In this document: positions 23,764 to 39,791 of the stretch, one piece after another | How the letters are laid out: every line of letters begins with the position of its first letter | Position numbering within the stretch: the stretch's first letter is position 1 | Assembly: GCA_037447605.1 (NCBI GenBank) | Contig: CM074805.1 | Coordinates: 4,745,361 to 4,809,360 of the forward strand | DNA: 64,000 nucleotides | Source of the DNA: Zygnema circumcarinatum SAG 698-1b | Taxonomy: Eukaryota > Plantae > Zygnematophyceae | Direction: 5' to 3' | Position numbers and translations under genes: made by a program | The notes under the pieces: generated by a model | Seen by the model: the letters and a program-made list of their open reading frames with translations, nothing else | Told to the model about the DNA's origin: nothing | Databases searched by the model: none

Positions 23764-26015
23764 ATGGCGCTCTGCCAACGCGGCAGATGCGCGAAGCAGT
23801 GCGAATGCCGTCTCAAGGTGCACTTATTTTCACATTTTTTTTCGTTTTTTTAAGCTTATCTGCTTTTATTTTCTTAAAATTTTAAGGTTTATATTAAGCA
23901 GTTACATGACTACAGTATGTTTTTAGTTTGCAAAATGGAAAAAACCCGAATTTTGTAACAGCCCAAACCCACCCGGCCCACCGAAGCTCCCTCATTTTTT
24001 ATTTTTTTTTATGAGATCTGCAGCATGAAGAAGTGGAGGAGGCGAAGGAGGGAGAGGGCGGGAGGCCGAGGCCGAGTCCGGAGCTGTTGGGCGGCGGCGC
24101 AGAGAGGAATCTGAGTACGTCTCTCTCCATTGCGCTTGTATGTCTCTCGTTCTCCTCATAACACCATGGGAGATGGCTGTCCTGTGAGGGGGAGAGGAAG
24201 AGTGAGAGACAGAGAGAGGGAGGGAGGGAGGGGGAGGGGGAGCGGGAGGGGGGGAGGGGGAAGGGGGGAGGGGGGAGGGGGGAGGGCGAGGGCGAGGGCA
24301 GGGAAAGGGGAGAGAAGGGGGGAGGGAGGAAGAGAGGGAGGGGGGTAAAATGGGAGAGTGGAGGGGAAGCGAGAGAGGTGGATAGTCATTGGTGTTCAGT
24401 AGCTTTCTCCATGATACATGGAATCTTCGTTTAGATTGGCTGCCAATCATACTGCCCTCAACCTGCCGAACAGTTCAAAACTGAAATAGTACACTGCCCT
24501 CAACTTAATGAACTCAAAAGGTATCACAGTAATTCAAATCATGCTGATGGCCGGTTGCGCCGATAGGCAGCTGTTACCATCCTACCATAGCTGATCCCAG
24601 CTTTCAGCTCGTGTTTTTATCCTTCTCCTCCTCCTCTCCCCTTTTTTTCCCCTTCTTTTTTAAACTTTAGTAGTAATGCTTGCATGTTTTGCTGGGAGTG
24701 GGGCACAATTGTGCAGTAGAGAACTTACTTGTGAATCCTTCAAGGAGCAATCGCGAAGGAACTTTGGATGGACCTCTTCCGGGCGGGCGGAAGAGGCCCG
24801 CCATAGAGCCACTTCCTGAAAGCTCAGGTAGGCGCCAAATTGTCATTCATCCTTTGTGGATGGAAGGAAAAAGGTTCAAAGGAAGTGTTCTCTCCTTCTC
24901 CCTCGTCCTATCTCATCCAACCCAGTACTTTTTCCTGTCTCCTCTCACTTCCTGCTTCCTTCTTCCTCTCTCCAACCTACATCCTTCCTCCTCCCTCTTG
25001 ATTTCGCCTATTTCCTCCCAGCAGGTGATAATGGAAGAGTTTGATTGGAAGGGCGTGCATGATTTTTTTTTTTTTGTTTTGTTTTTGGAAAACGCAGTCT
25101 TGGCACGCTTGCGCCAATTTTTGCCGCAGATGGCGGAGGCAAATGAAAGGCTTGAAATGGCTATGCAGGTCTGTACTCATTGGCTCCCCTTCTTTGCTCT
25201 TCCCTTCCCGTTGACTTTAGAAATTTTAGCACGGCGCCATTTACTTTTTTATCTAGAACAGGCAGGGAAGGTGAACTATTTTTCTCTCTGTGTCTCGCTC
25301 TCTCTTTCTCCCGCCCCCCTCCCCCCCTTTTCAAGCGTTTCTGAGACTGAAGGGTTTGCATACAGGTGGAGTCGAGGGAAGCCTTTGACATCGAGGTACT
25401 GACGGGAGGTGAAGATGCGCCACATATACAGATGGTGAATTCTGTGTCCTTATCCCTTGCCTTCCTAATCATTTTCAGTCTCGAAATTGAGATGCTAGGC
25501 CCAATTGAAGTACTGAACACCTTATGCCTTGAGCCCGTTAAAGCCTCATCAACTGAATGTTTTAGTACAGTTTATAGCTCGTTTATGCGTGTGAGTCTTT
25601 GTCCTTGCAACTTCTACTTGGAGGTTTCACATTATTTAGTCCAAGAATCTAGGAAGTTAGGTCTTTAAGAATCTAGGAAGTTAGGTCTTTATTCATGCCC
25701 TTTCCCCCCTCCCCCCCCACCCTCCTCCCCTTTCTTATTTTTCTGTTGGTTTTTGCCTTCTTTTTCGAGTGACTGCAGGATTTGAATCTTGGAATTGCGG
25801 AGCTCAGGACGGCAGAAGCTGTGGCGGTCGCCGAGCGGTTAGTGAATGGGCACGGAGGGGAAGGGGAAAAGGAAGTTCCCTCTGTTTCAAAAAGTTGTGA
25901 TAAAGATATCGATAGTGAAAGCGGGAGTGAAGGAGAGGGGGCGAGGCAGGGAGAGGAACAAACGGACGAGTCTCGTGCTTCTGGGAAGAGGCATGTGGGC
26001 ATTGAGGAGATATAA
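23764..26015 (+). CDS. NOPCHAP1: NOP protein chaperone 1 (DUF4598/C12orf45-like; box C/D snoRNP assembly)
   Basis: Spliced segments ...SPELLGGGAERNLIENLLV...KRPAIEPLPESS-VLARLRQFLPQMAEANERLE...EAFDIEVLTGGEDAPHIQM-DLNLGIAELRTAEAVAVAE...GIEEI*. The first exon (ATG 23764) is less certain. Confidence 0.8.
24190..24370. repeat. G/A-rich tract in a NOPCHAP1 intron
   Basis: Almost purely purine on the + strand. Confidence 0.85.
25643..25690. repeat. Perfect 24-bp tandem duplication (AAGAATCTAGGAAGTTAGGTCTTT x2) in a NOPCHAP1 intron
   Basis: Copies at 25643-25666 and 25667-25690. Confidence 0.95.
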
Positions 26016-26065
26016 CGTTGGCTGTTCACACATTAGGGTTTGCTCTATAGGGGACAGCTACTACG

Positions 26066-26165
26066 CTTTTGCGACCAGTCCCTTGTGGTTCCCCATGCTG
26101 CTTTGTCCATGTACATTTGATGGCCTCGCCATCGTGAGTTCAATGTTCAATGCTCAATTTTCCCC
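26066..26165 (+). repeat. Short dispersed repeat with a hairpin, copy 2
   Basis: TCCATGTACATTTGATGGCCTCGCCATCGTGAG at 26106-26138. Confidence 0.75.
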
Positions 26166-26203
26166 CCTCGCATAAGAAAGTGTGCATTTATTGATGTACA
26201 TAT

Positions 26204-26275
26204 GAATGGATGGTGGATGGATAAATGGATGAATGGTGGACGGATACATGGATGAATGGTGGATGTACATATACT
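26204..26275. repeat. Degenerate (TGGA)n/(GATG)n satellite
   Basis: Seen directly, between the convergent 3' ends of NOPCHAP1 and CWF19L2. Confidence 0.8.
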
Positions 26276-26603
26276 TATTTACGTACATGTGTGTATGTAT
26301 ATATTGGTGGAAAGTTCGACGCAAAGGTCATTTTAGGTGATCAGGGTTACTTGACCCCCAACCTCATATGGAGCTTGTACTCGCCGCTTATGGCCATGAT
26401 ATTCATGCGCTCAACACTATACAGAGACCCAACATCGGCAGAATGCTTTTTTCAAAAAGAAACGTCTAAACCCAAAAGTTTTCAAAAAACCAATTCATCC
26501 AGCAATCCCCTCATGTTAGAACATGCTTTCCCAAGAGGCGCTTATTACATACATGAAAGGAAGGGGAGGAGGCCAAGAAAGGGGAGGGGCTTCATCTGAC
26601 CAT

Positions 26604-29600
26604 CTAGTCCAACATTTTGGTCCAATCGTGAGGCTCCCACTTCTTGGCAAATTCCTTCACCCTCCGCTCCTGTTGGTCGACTCTCGGTCTGCGACGAATG
26701 TCTTCGTGTGCGAGTTCCAACATGCCGGCGACAACATCTCTACCGAAGGTGGCTTTGAATGTGCTTTCGTCGTCAATCACATGGCAATAGCCGCCCTGCT
26801 TCCACATAGAACACCCCAAAAGAAAGATCAGCAGGGCACGTAACACCATATGCTTACCCTTTTGTTTAAACTACAGCATCGCCATAATTACAGGGAAGTC
26901 AAAATATCAAATTTCGTAGGCATTGAAGCTCCTCCCATCAAACCGGGTGTCCCTTTTATAAGATGAAGTCTGAAGTCCATGGACTCGTTCATGAACGATA
27001 CATGGGAAGTAAGCCATGCTTGACACAAGGCTCTCCTTTCTTAAACAGAGAGACTTGTTGAGGCAGAGGTGATGTCTATGGCCTCACCTGTAAGCCAAAT
27101 TCCACATGGAAATACGGAAAATTCTTTGGAATGCTCGCCCTTAATCCCTTGCCTCGCGTATCGATCAATCTTTTGGCATTATGTTGACTCCACTCCTCCT
27201 CCGCCTCATCTATTGCCTATCCCCAATTTGAGGCATCCAGTCTTTTGTCAGCAAAATAACGATATAAAAATTCCATAAACAGGAGATTGAGGAGAGAGCT
27301 AACACTGTAAGAAAGTATAGAGCAAAACGAATTGAATTTCAATTCCAGATGCCTAAGCAAGCCTCTCACCATTAGTCATAAACGACGACACTTAATGCAT
27401 CAAAAAATAAAAAATCACTAAATTTGTTGAAACATACCTTTTTGAAGTACATCGGAGCTTGCTCTGCCACTTCTTCAGGCACAGGAATGCACTCCACAAA
27501 GCAATGCCTTTTCTGACGATTCAACGATACCGCAGTTTCCAGAAACAGCACCTCCTGACCTTCCTGACCGAACATTTTGACCAAACACTTTTTGAAGTTA
27601 CGAATCTCCTCCCACACATCTTCGTCCACACTTCTCGTCGCACCTTCATGCTGTAAGCGTTCCTCCCATAACAACCACCCGTAAACAAACAAGAATTGCC
27701 TGCCTCAGTAGAAGCCTTCCAAGAAAGACAGCAAAGGACGAATGCAAGGCGGTGCAAGCCGCCGATGCATCTGCCAGGTGTCAAGCACCCATCGGCTCTT
27801 GGTGGACCCATCACCTGCATGGTGCAGATGTAGCTATGGCCATCCACGAGAGGACTCCTTGGAGCCAACATGAGGTATGTCTTGTTCCCAATTCCGACCA
27901 TAAGATGTTTTGGTTTGTTGGGTCCATCGAAACAAAATTGACATTGGAGCTGATTCCTTCCCATGCGTTCAAAATCTGCTCTCTGTTTACTGGCTTGACG
28001 ATCGTCTTGCTTTTTCCTGTGAGAGGCAGACCATCACCCCTCTTCTTCAGCTTTAGCCCAAACCCCAACTTTCGAGCAGTGGAAATTCTAATGGGTTCGC
28101 TTGAGCCTTCAAAATAATCACTGGTTTATTACACAATCAGCACTTTAAAATGCCTACCCCAATGGCCAAAAGGGCACGAAAATGTCCTTTTCACGTGTTC
28201 ACACTAGAATTGTACATACCTTGTGCCTTTCCGATCGCGAGATTCCATTAGCTCCAAACCCATGTCATGATCGTACTCATCATCTGCACTGGGCATAGCT
28301 TTGAAGCGTGCATTCCGCACAATATTATCAGTAAGGTTTGCATCATAATCCTCTCCTGCAGCTCCATGTCTCTGCTTTGCCACCAAAGACTGTAGACTCC
28401 AGCCATCGTCATCTCCATAGTACCTGCAGGTCAAAAAAAGAGTAGGATAAATAAAACGCACATAATTGAAACCCCTGTTTCCTATGTAAAGGAAAGCTGT
28501 TGTCAGTTCACGCTCTAGTAATTTCCGAAGGAAGGTCATATGTGGGAAAGAAGGGCAGTGGATGGCATGAAAATTCACATTCCATGCATTCCATGGATCG
28601 ACACTTTCTGTACTGAGTTTGTCTAATCTATCATTCCAGGCCCCAAAAGGCCTATATTGGTCAGATTTTTGTCCCAAAAAAAAAAAAAAAAAAAAAAGGG
28701 CCTCACCCTCCCCAAACCTAATCAAACCCATACCCAATAATGTAAATCATCATCACAACAACCCTTTCAAGGAGCTTCACATGCTCGCTCTTACCTTGAC
28801 CTCGTGGGTCCCTCCTTCCTTCCGTCCGTCTTTTTGTCGGAGTTTTCGTCATATCGCTGCGTAATCTTCTTCTTTCGCTCAATCTCGTCGGTTGGCCCCA
28901 TTTGCCGAATGTTGGTAAAGGCACCCTCGACAGCTCGACCCTGTGCGTCGACGAGCGGTAGCAGCACAACCTCCCTTTTGCGGAGCATTTCCGCCTCCTT
29001 CTGAACTCCAGAGATTAACAGGAAGCAGAAATGACAGCAGGAAGTGCGAGGAAGTATAAATAATGAGATAGATTTGCCTCTCCCTCAAGCAGTACGAGAA
29101 TAACTGAATCTAGGAAGGAAAGGGACTAGTCCATCTGAGGATATGTCATAAAGATTCTGAGAAAATAGGAACTAGTAAAGTTCTTTAAGGGATGACAGGC
29201 ACTCATCTCTACATCTCGTGCCCTCCTCCGCTTCCCCTCCCCCTCTCCCTCTCCCCTCCCCCTCCCCCTCCCCCCTCCCCCTCCCCCTCCCCCCTCCCCC
29301 TCCCCCTCCCCCTCCCCCCTCCCCCTCCCCCTCCCCCTCCCCCTCCCCCCCCTCCCCCTCCCCCTCCCCCTCCCCCTCCCCCTCCCCCTCCCCCTCCCCT
29401 CCTCCCTCCCCTCCCCCTCCTCCCTCCCCTCCCCTCCCCCTCCTCCCTCCCCTCCCTCCTCCCTCCCCTCCCTCCTCCCCTCCCCCTCCCCCTCCCCCTC
29501 CCCTCCCCTCCCCTCCCCTCCCCTCCCTCCTCCCTCCCCTCCCCTCCCCCTCCCCCTCCCCCCTCCCCTCCCCTCCCTCTCCCTCCCTCTCCCCTCCCCC

Positions 29601-32600
29601 TCCCCCTCCCCTCCCCTCCCCTCCCCCTCCCCCTCCCCTCCCCCTCCCCCTCCCCCCTCCCCCTCCCCCTCCCCCTCCCCCTCCCCCTCCCCTCCCCCCT
29701 CCCCTCCCCTCCCCCTCCCCTCCCCTCCCCTCCCCCTCCCCCCTCCCCCTCCCCCTCCCCTCCCCCTCCCCCTCCCCCTCCCCCTCCCCTCCCCCCTCCC
29801 CCTCCCCCTCCCCCTCCCCCTCCCCCTCCCCCTCCCCCTCCCCCTCCCCTCCCCACCTCCCCCTCCCCCTCCCCCTCCCCCTCCCCCTCCCCCCTCCCCC
29901 CTCCCCCTCCCCCCTCCCCCTCCCCCCTCCCCCTCCCCTCCCCTCCCCCCTCCCCCCTCCCCCCTCCCCCTCCCTCTCCCTCTCTCTCTCCCGCTCCCTC
30001 GCTCACACACACACACAGGGGCAGGCAAGCGACCAATAGAGGTCAGAAAGACGTACTTGGAGAGCCTCCGCTTCCTTCACCTTCCCCATCAGCCGCAACT
30101 TCATCGCCTTGGCAGCGAGTTGATTGGCAGATAAGCCTCCCCCAGTCGATGCAGCCACAGTCGAAACCTGCGTGGGCGCTTCCTCTCGAAGCAACACAAT
30201 TTCTTTTGCTTCTTCTACCACTATTTCCCCCTTTCCCTCTTCGGCCTTCCGTTCTCGATCTCGATCCTCCTCCTTTCCCTTTCCCTCTCCTTCTCCCTTT
30301 CCCTCTCCCACTACCTCTCCCTCTCCCTCTCTCGTCCCTTCAGGACCTAGGCTTGACAAGGCGTCCAGCATTGCTTTGGCTTTCCTCTCAACTTCTGCAT
30401 CCTTTCCAACGCCAAAGCCTAGGTGAACCTTGTTGTCTCTCTCATCGCCTCCCTTTTTTAAACCACTCAATGAAGGTAGAATATCCGCAGCACCTGCTCC
30501 CTTCTCCATGCTAACCCTCCCTTCTCTCTCCTGCGGCTTCCCTTGAGAGTTCCCTTCAATCCGCGGCTGATTCTCATTTCCTTCCTTTACTGTTCTACGT
30601 TCCAACGCAGGGAAAGCTGAAGGCCTTTTCCATGTTAATCGCTCATCACCCTTCGGGACGCGCATTTGCTCCCTACCAGACCGTACGTCATTCAGATAAT
30701 CTCGCTTGCTTTCTCTAATGCGTCTATCGTCCTTTTCATCATCAGCATCTCCTGTTCCTTTCCTATCCCCAAACTGCCATTTCCTCCCTCTTTCACGCCC
30801 TTGCTCATCCCTACTGATTTCTCTATCGTTTCTATCTCTATGTTCTTTCCTTTCTGCTGGTTTGCGATCATACTCCTGTTTATTATTGCCTATATTCTGG
30901 ACCTCACCTCTATTCTCTGCCTCTCCTCTCTTATCAATCTGCTCACGATTTCTCGCTGCAAATCTGTGAGCAAAGGTTGGAGCAGCTCGTGTCGAGGAGA
31001 GTCCCGCTGTCAACTCAGCAACCGATCCCCACCGATCTCCAACTACCTGCAATGGAACATGATGACGAGTGTTGTGGTGATGATCAGCAAATCTTATTGC
31101 CCTGCACTTGTTTCAGGAAAGGGAACATTGGCAACCCCTTAAAAGCGTCTACACATCTTCAGCGCTTTCACAACCCAGCACTTTGTCATGTCAAAGATAC
31201 ATCACATAATGCTATGTCTCCTCTCTCTCCTCTCCTGTCCTCTCCTCTCCTGCCCTCTATCTGTTACAGTAAGGCAGCCAACTTCACCTCTTCAAGCGAT
31301 TTTCCTTCCCGAGCTGCCTGTTCCTTGGCTCTCTTAAGCGCCTTCAGCCGCCAGCTGGCTCCAGCATCGCCCACTCCCGGGGCGACAGCTGGCGGCCTCT
31401 GATCTCCAACCATTGGCCCTCTATCTTGTGGAAATCCGGATGCATCTCCTGACTTCCAATACGGATTAAGCTCCTTGGAAGAGATTTTGGGTTTCTGCAC
31501 AATCAGAAGGGCACTTGGTATCAGTATTTGACGCCTTCATACATAAATGCATGCATGCCTTTGGCTGACTGCCTTCCAATAAGGTCTTTTTCTAGGTTCA
31601 GAAACTCCTGCAGAGAAGAAAGAAGCATTCGACATTTTTCTTTCATCCAGTAGGTTATTGAATATTTTCCTGAACGGTGGTTTCACTCTGATTTGAAGCT
31701 CATTTCGCAAGCCTGTACCTGCACTATGCAAACCAAATACAGCCAAGTCTAAGCATCTACAGTAGCTGATTAGAAGAAACTGTCACAAGTGAATGTTTGA
31801 GTTTTCTCACATCTGGATCCTCCACTATCGGCTGTTGCGGCTGTGGTTCGTCAATGATTGGTCGATCGGGAGCTTTAGTCATCCAATCAAGCCCTGCTGC
31901 CTCTCTTTTGGAGACCGACTCCTCAACCGCCTTCTTGACAACATGTCTGTCCTCCTCCTCAGAGGACGAACCTGCATAGGCCAGCAATTCTATTACGGCG
32001 CAGATAAAACTCAAATATATACTATGGCCGAAGTCATGTCGTTCAACCTTACCAGAGTCACATAATGCTGCACACAGCCTTCAGCTCCAGAATGTGGATG
32101 GGCAAACTTTCACTCTGAGCATATTGAAGAAAAAAGTGAACTCAAATTGATGGTGATGGTGAATTGATGCATTGAGTTTTTCCTCAACATACCATCTTGA
32201 TGTCATCTTCTCTGCTAAGCATCTCAAAAAATATAAAAAAACGCTCACTCCATGTTTCTAGCCTGCACCTGGAGTTTGGCAAACTTATTCATACCCGCGC
32301 TCTCTTCAGCCGATTCCGGGTCATCGAAACTGCTCCTCCGCTTTTTCCTTTTTTTCAAGTATATCTCATCACTGTCCTCTGTCCCCTCTCCACTCTCCTC
32401 ATCCATCATTTTGTGCGACTTCTCTGAAGACCTTTTCTTCTCCTTCTTCTTATGTTTGTGTTTTTTGCTCTTTCGGTCGCTTTTATTCTTCTTTGGTTTC
32501 TCATTGTCTCCACCAACTTCAGATTTCTGTTGTCAACAAGCCAAACATGCATACTTCAAGACGTTGTTTTCAGATTCTCTCCAAAAACAGAGAACCAGTC

Positions 32601-32937
32601 CAACTTCCAAGTCAAACCAGATACGACAAATTACAAAATTTACCTTGGGTTGCTTCTAGAATTAAAACAGACAAAATTTACGTAATCATCTCCTCTTTGT
32701 GCGCAAATGAACATATACAAGAATTGCCCTTAATGAAGTAGTATGTGCTTCAGGATTCCTGGAAATAATCTCTCCCTCCGTCAGCTGTAAGATTAAAAGC
32801 ATAGCGTTTACCTGCTGTGCTCTTTTCTGTGGTTGTTGCTCCTCTCTCCTCCGCTTCTGCTTCTCACTGCCCTCCCCTCTTGCACCTTCCAACCTCTTCA
32901 ACTCCTCCTGGTCCACAAACCTAATGCTGCCTAACAT
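26604..32937 (-). CDS. CWF19L2: CWF19-like protein 2 (CwfJ C-terminal domains; spliceosome-associated)
   Basis: MLGSIRFVD start, K/E-rich N-terminus, ELNPYWK, VGDAGASWRLKALKRAKEQAAREG, LSANQLAAKAMKLRLMGK, CQFCFD, HCFVECIPVP, AIDEAEEEWSQHNAKRLIDT, FPYFHVEFG, GGYCHVIDDE, WEPHDWTKMLD*. Confidence 0.93.
29218..30000. repeat. ~780-bp C/T tract (CCCCCT/CCCT variants) inside a CWF19L2 intron
   Basis: Essentially only C and T on the + strand; lies between the EAEALQ and KEAEMLR exons. Confidence 0.95.
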
Positions 32938-33591
32938 TTTCTCTTTCTTGGAACAGATTCCTCCCCTTGTATTCGAGCCCAATGCCAGAAACAGGCGAGT
33001 CAGTTGAATGACAACCTGCAGGCCTTCATCCCCTCTTTAAGCTGAGGGCAGTCAAAAAACCCTAAAGCATCAAGAAGAGCATGATAATGCTCTGGTTTCG
33101 ACAGTGCTTTGCTTCAGGCCGTCCAGCCGTCGTAGAGAGTGTCGGATAGAGATATTGCAGATACTTGGAAAGGGAACAAAGAAACAAATGCTTTGAACGG
33201 AGGGAGCCGAAGGAAGGAGAAACCAGTGAAGGGCGTTGAGAGTGTATGAGAATGGCCACGGTTTGTGGTTTGCAGGTTTTGCTATTTAGGTTGAGTTATT
33301 GGGTATTGAATTTAGGGTTGGCTTCTGAAGGGGCGTACTGGTGAATTTGGACGTGCTGACTGCCGAGCAAGTTGAGGAAGAGCGGACGTCTACTACTGAA
33401 CTTGAATTCTAAAAAAAAAAATTGGACAAACATTGATTCACTTTTTTGTTTTTTTAAACCAATCCTTTGCGAGTCATATTGCAGTAGAGTAACGACTGTC
33501 ATCTTCAACCTTTTTCAAGAAATCAAGACTTTTCAGCCTCGTCTTTGTGTGCTCTCCTTCTGCTATCGCTGCTGCTCCTGCAAAACAGAAA

Positions 33592-38850
<5,259 letters not shown>

Positions 38851-39379
38851 TGCTTGGGGCAGACTTACTTGGGTCACTGAGTCGAGCATGTAAATACAGA
38901 CCCATCGGGTCTTGTTCCGTCCCTTGTTCCCTCCCAAATCTTCTGTCGCATATATAGAAAGTAGTGAGCAGAAACCTATTCCTAAAACAGGCCCCCCCCC
39001 ACGGCCCCTTTCCCATCACATGGTAATCGTTTGCTTTCAAGGATGCAAACTCTGACTGATTGACCGTGCTGAACGGGCTGGTAGTTACCCCTCGTTGAAA
39101 TCGAGATGGAGTGGGGGAGGTTAGGCCATTGCTTGGTTAGGAAAAAAAAAATGGGCTCGTAAAGGGACATGGAATCGACACAGACCCGCTTCAGCAGTGG
39201 TTTCATGGAAGAGGCCTTTACATGTGAACAGTTAGCGGTATTTGCGGAATTAGAACGGTGCACGGAACGGCGTCGAGCATGAAACAGCTGTTCGTTTCCA
39301 TGACAGTTCGGTTTCCAGTTGAACCTTCGATCTGACATGGAACGCGTTATCCTTTCCGCGAATGCCCGAAAGCATGAAA

Positions 39380-39430
39380 CCGTACGGTACGGAAAAAAAC
39401 TAACTGACACGTGTCGGTTCGATGCCGTAC
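39380..39430. promoter_or_regulatory. Candidate ClpX promoter elements: three CCGTAC/GTACGG sites and palindrome GACACGTGTC
   Basis: CCGTACGGTACGG 39380-39392, GACACGTGTC 39406-39415, CCGTAC 39425-39430. Confidence 0.45.
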
Positions 39431-39791
39431 AGAAGGTCGCGGGTTCGACCCTCAGCACAAGACTAATTCGCAGTGCTCTGACCTGAGGCCTGAGCCTAAG
39501 GGGTAAACTGAGGTAATATTGTCAGTGGCAAGCTGAAGGCGAGGGCTTGGAGGGAGGAGAGGAGAGGGGGTAGAGGGAGAGGAGAGGGGGTAGAGGGAGA
39601 GGAGAGGGGAGGGGGGAAAAGAGGGGAGGGGGAAAAGAGGGGTGGAGGGGAGGAGAGGAGGAGGAAGGGGGAAGGGTGGGGGAAGTAGGACGGAGCTGGG
39701 GAGCCGGATCTGACAGCAGGAGGGAGCCATGGAGTGGAGGCGCGCTGCAGATGCAGGAGCAGTGGCTGTATCTAAGATAAGGGGCAGGAAA

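Noticed and set aside
29126-30514. Extensin-like (SPn) and RG/GE-rich ORFs of 270-440 aa
   Set aside because: Stop-free translations of a C/T simple repeat inside a CWF19L2 intron; open in nearly all frames on both strands.
39433-39455. tRNA T-arm/B-box-like AGGTCGCGGGTTCGACCC
   Set aside because: The T-stem pairs poorly, and there is no A-box, D-arm or acceptor stem; at most a tRNA/SINE relic.
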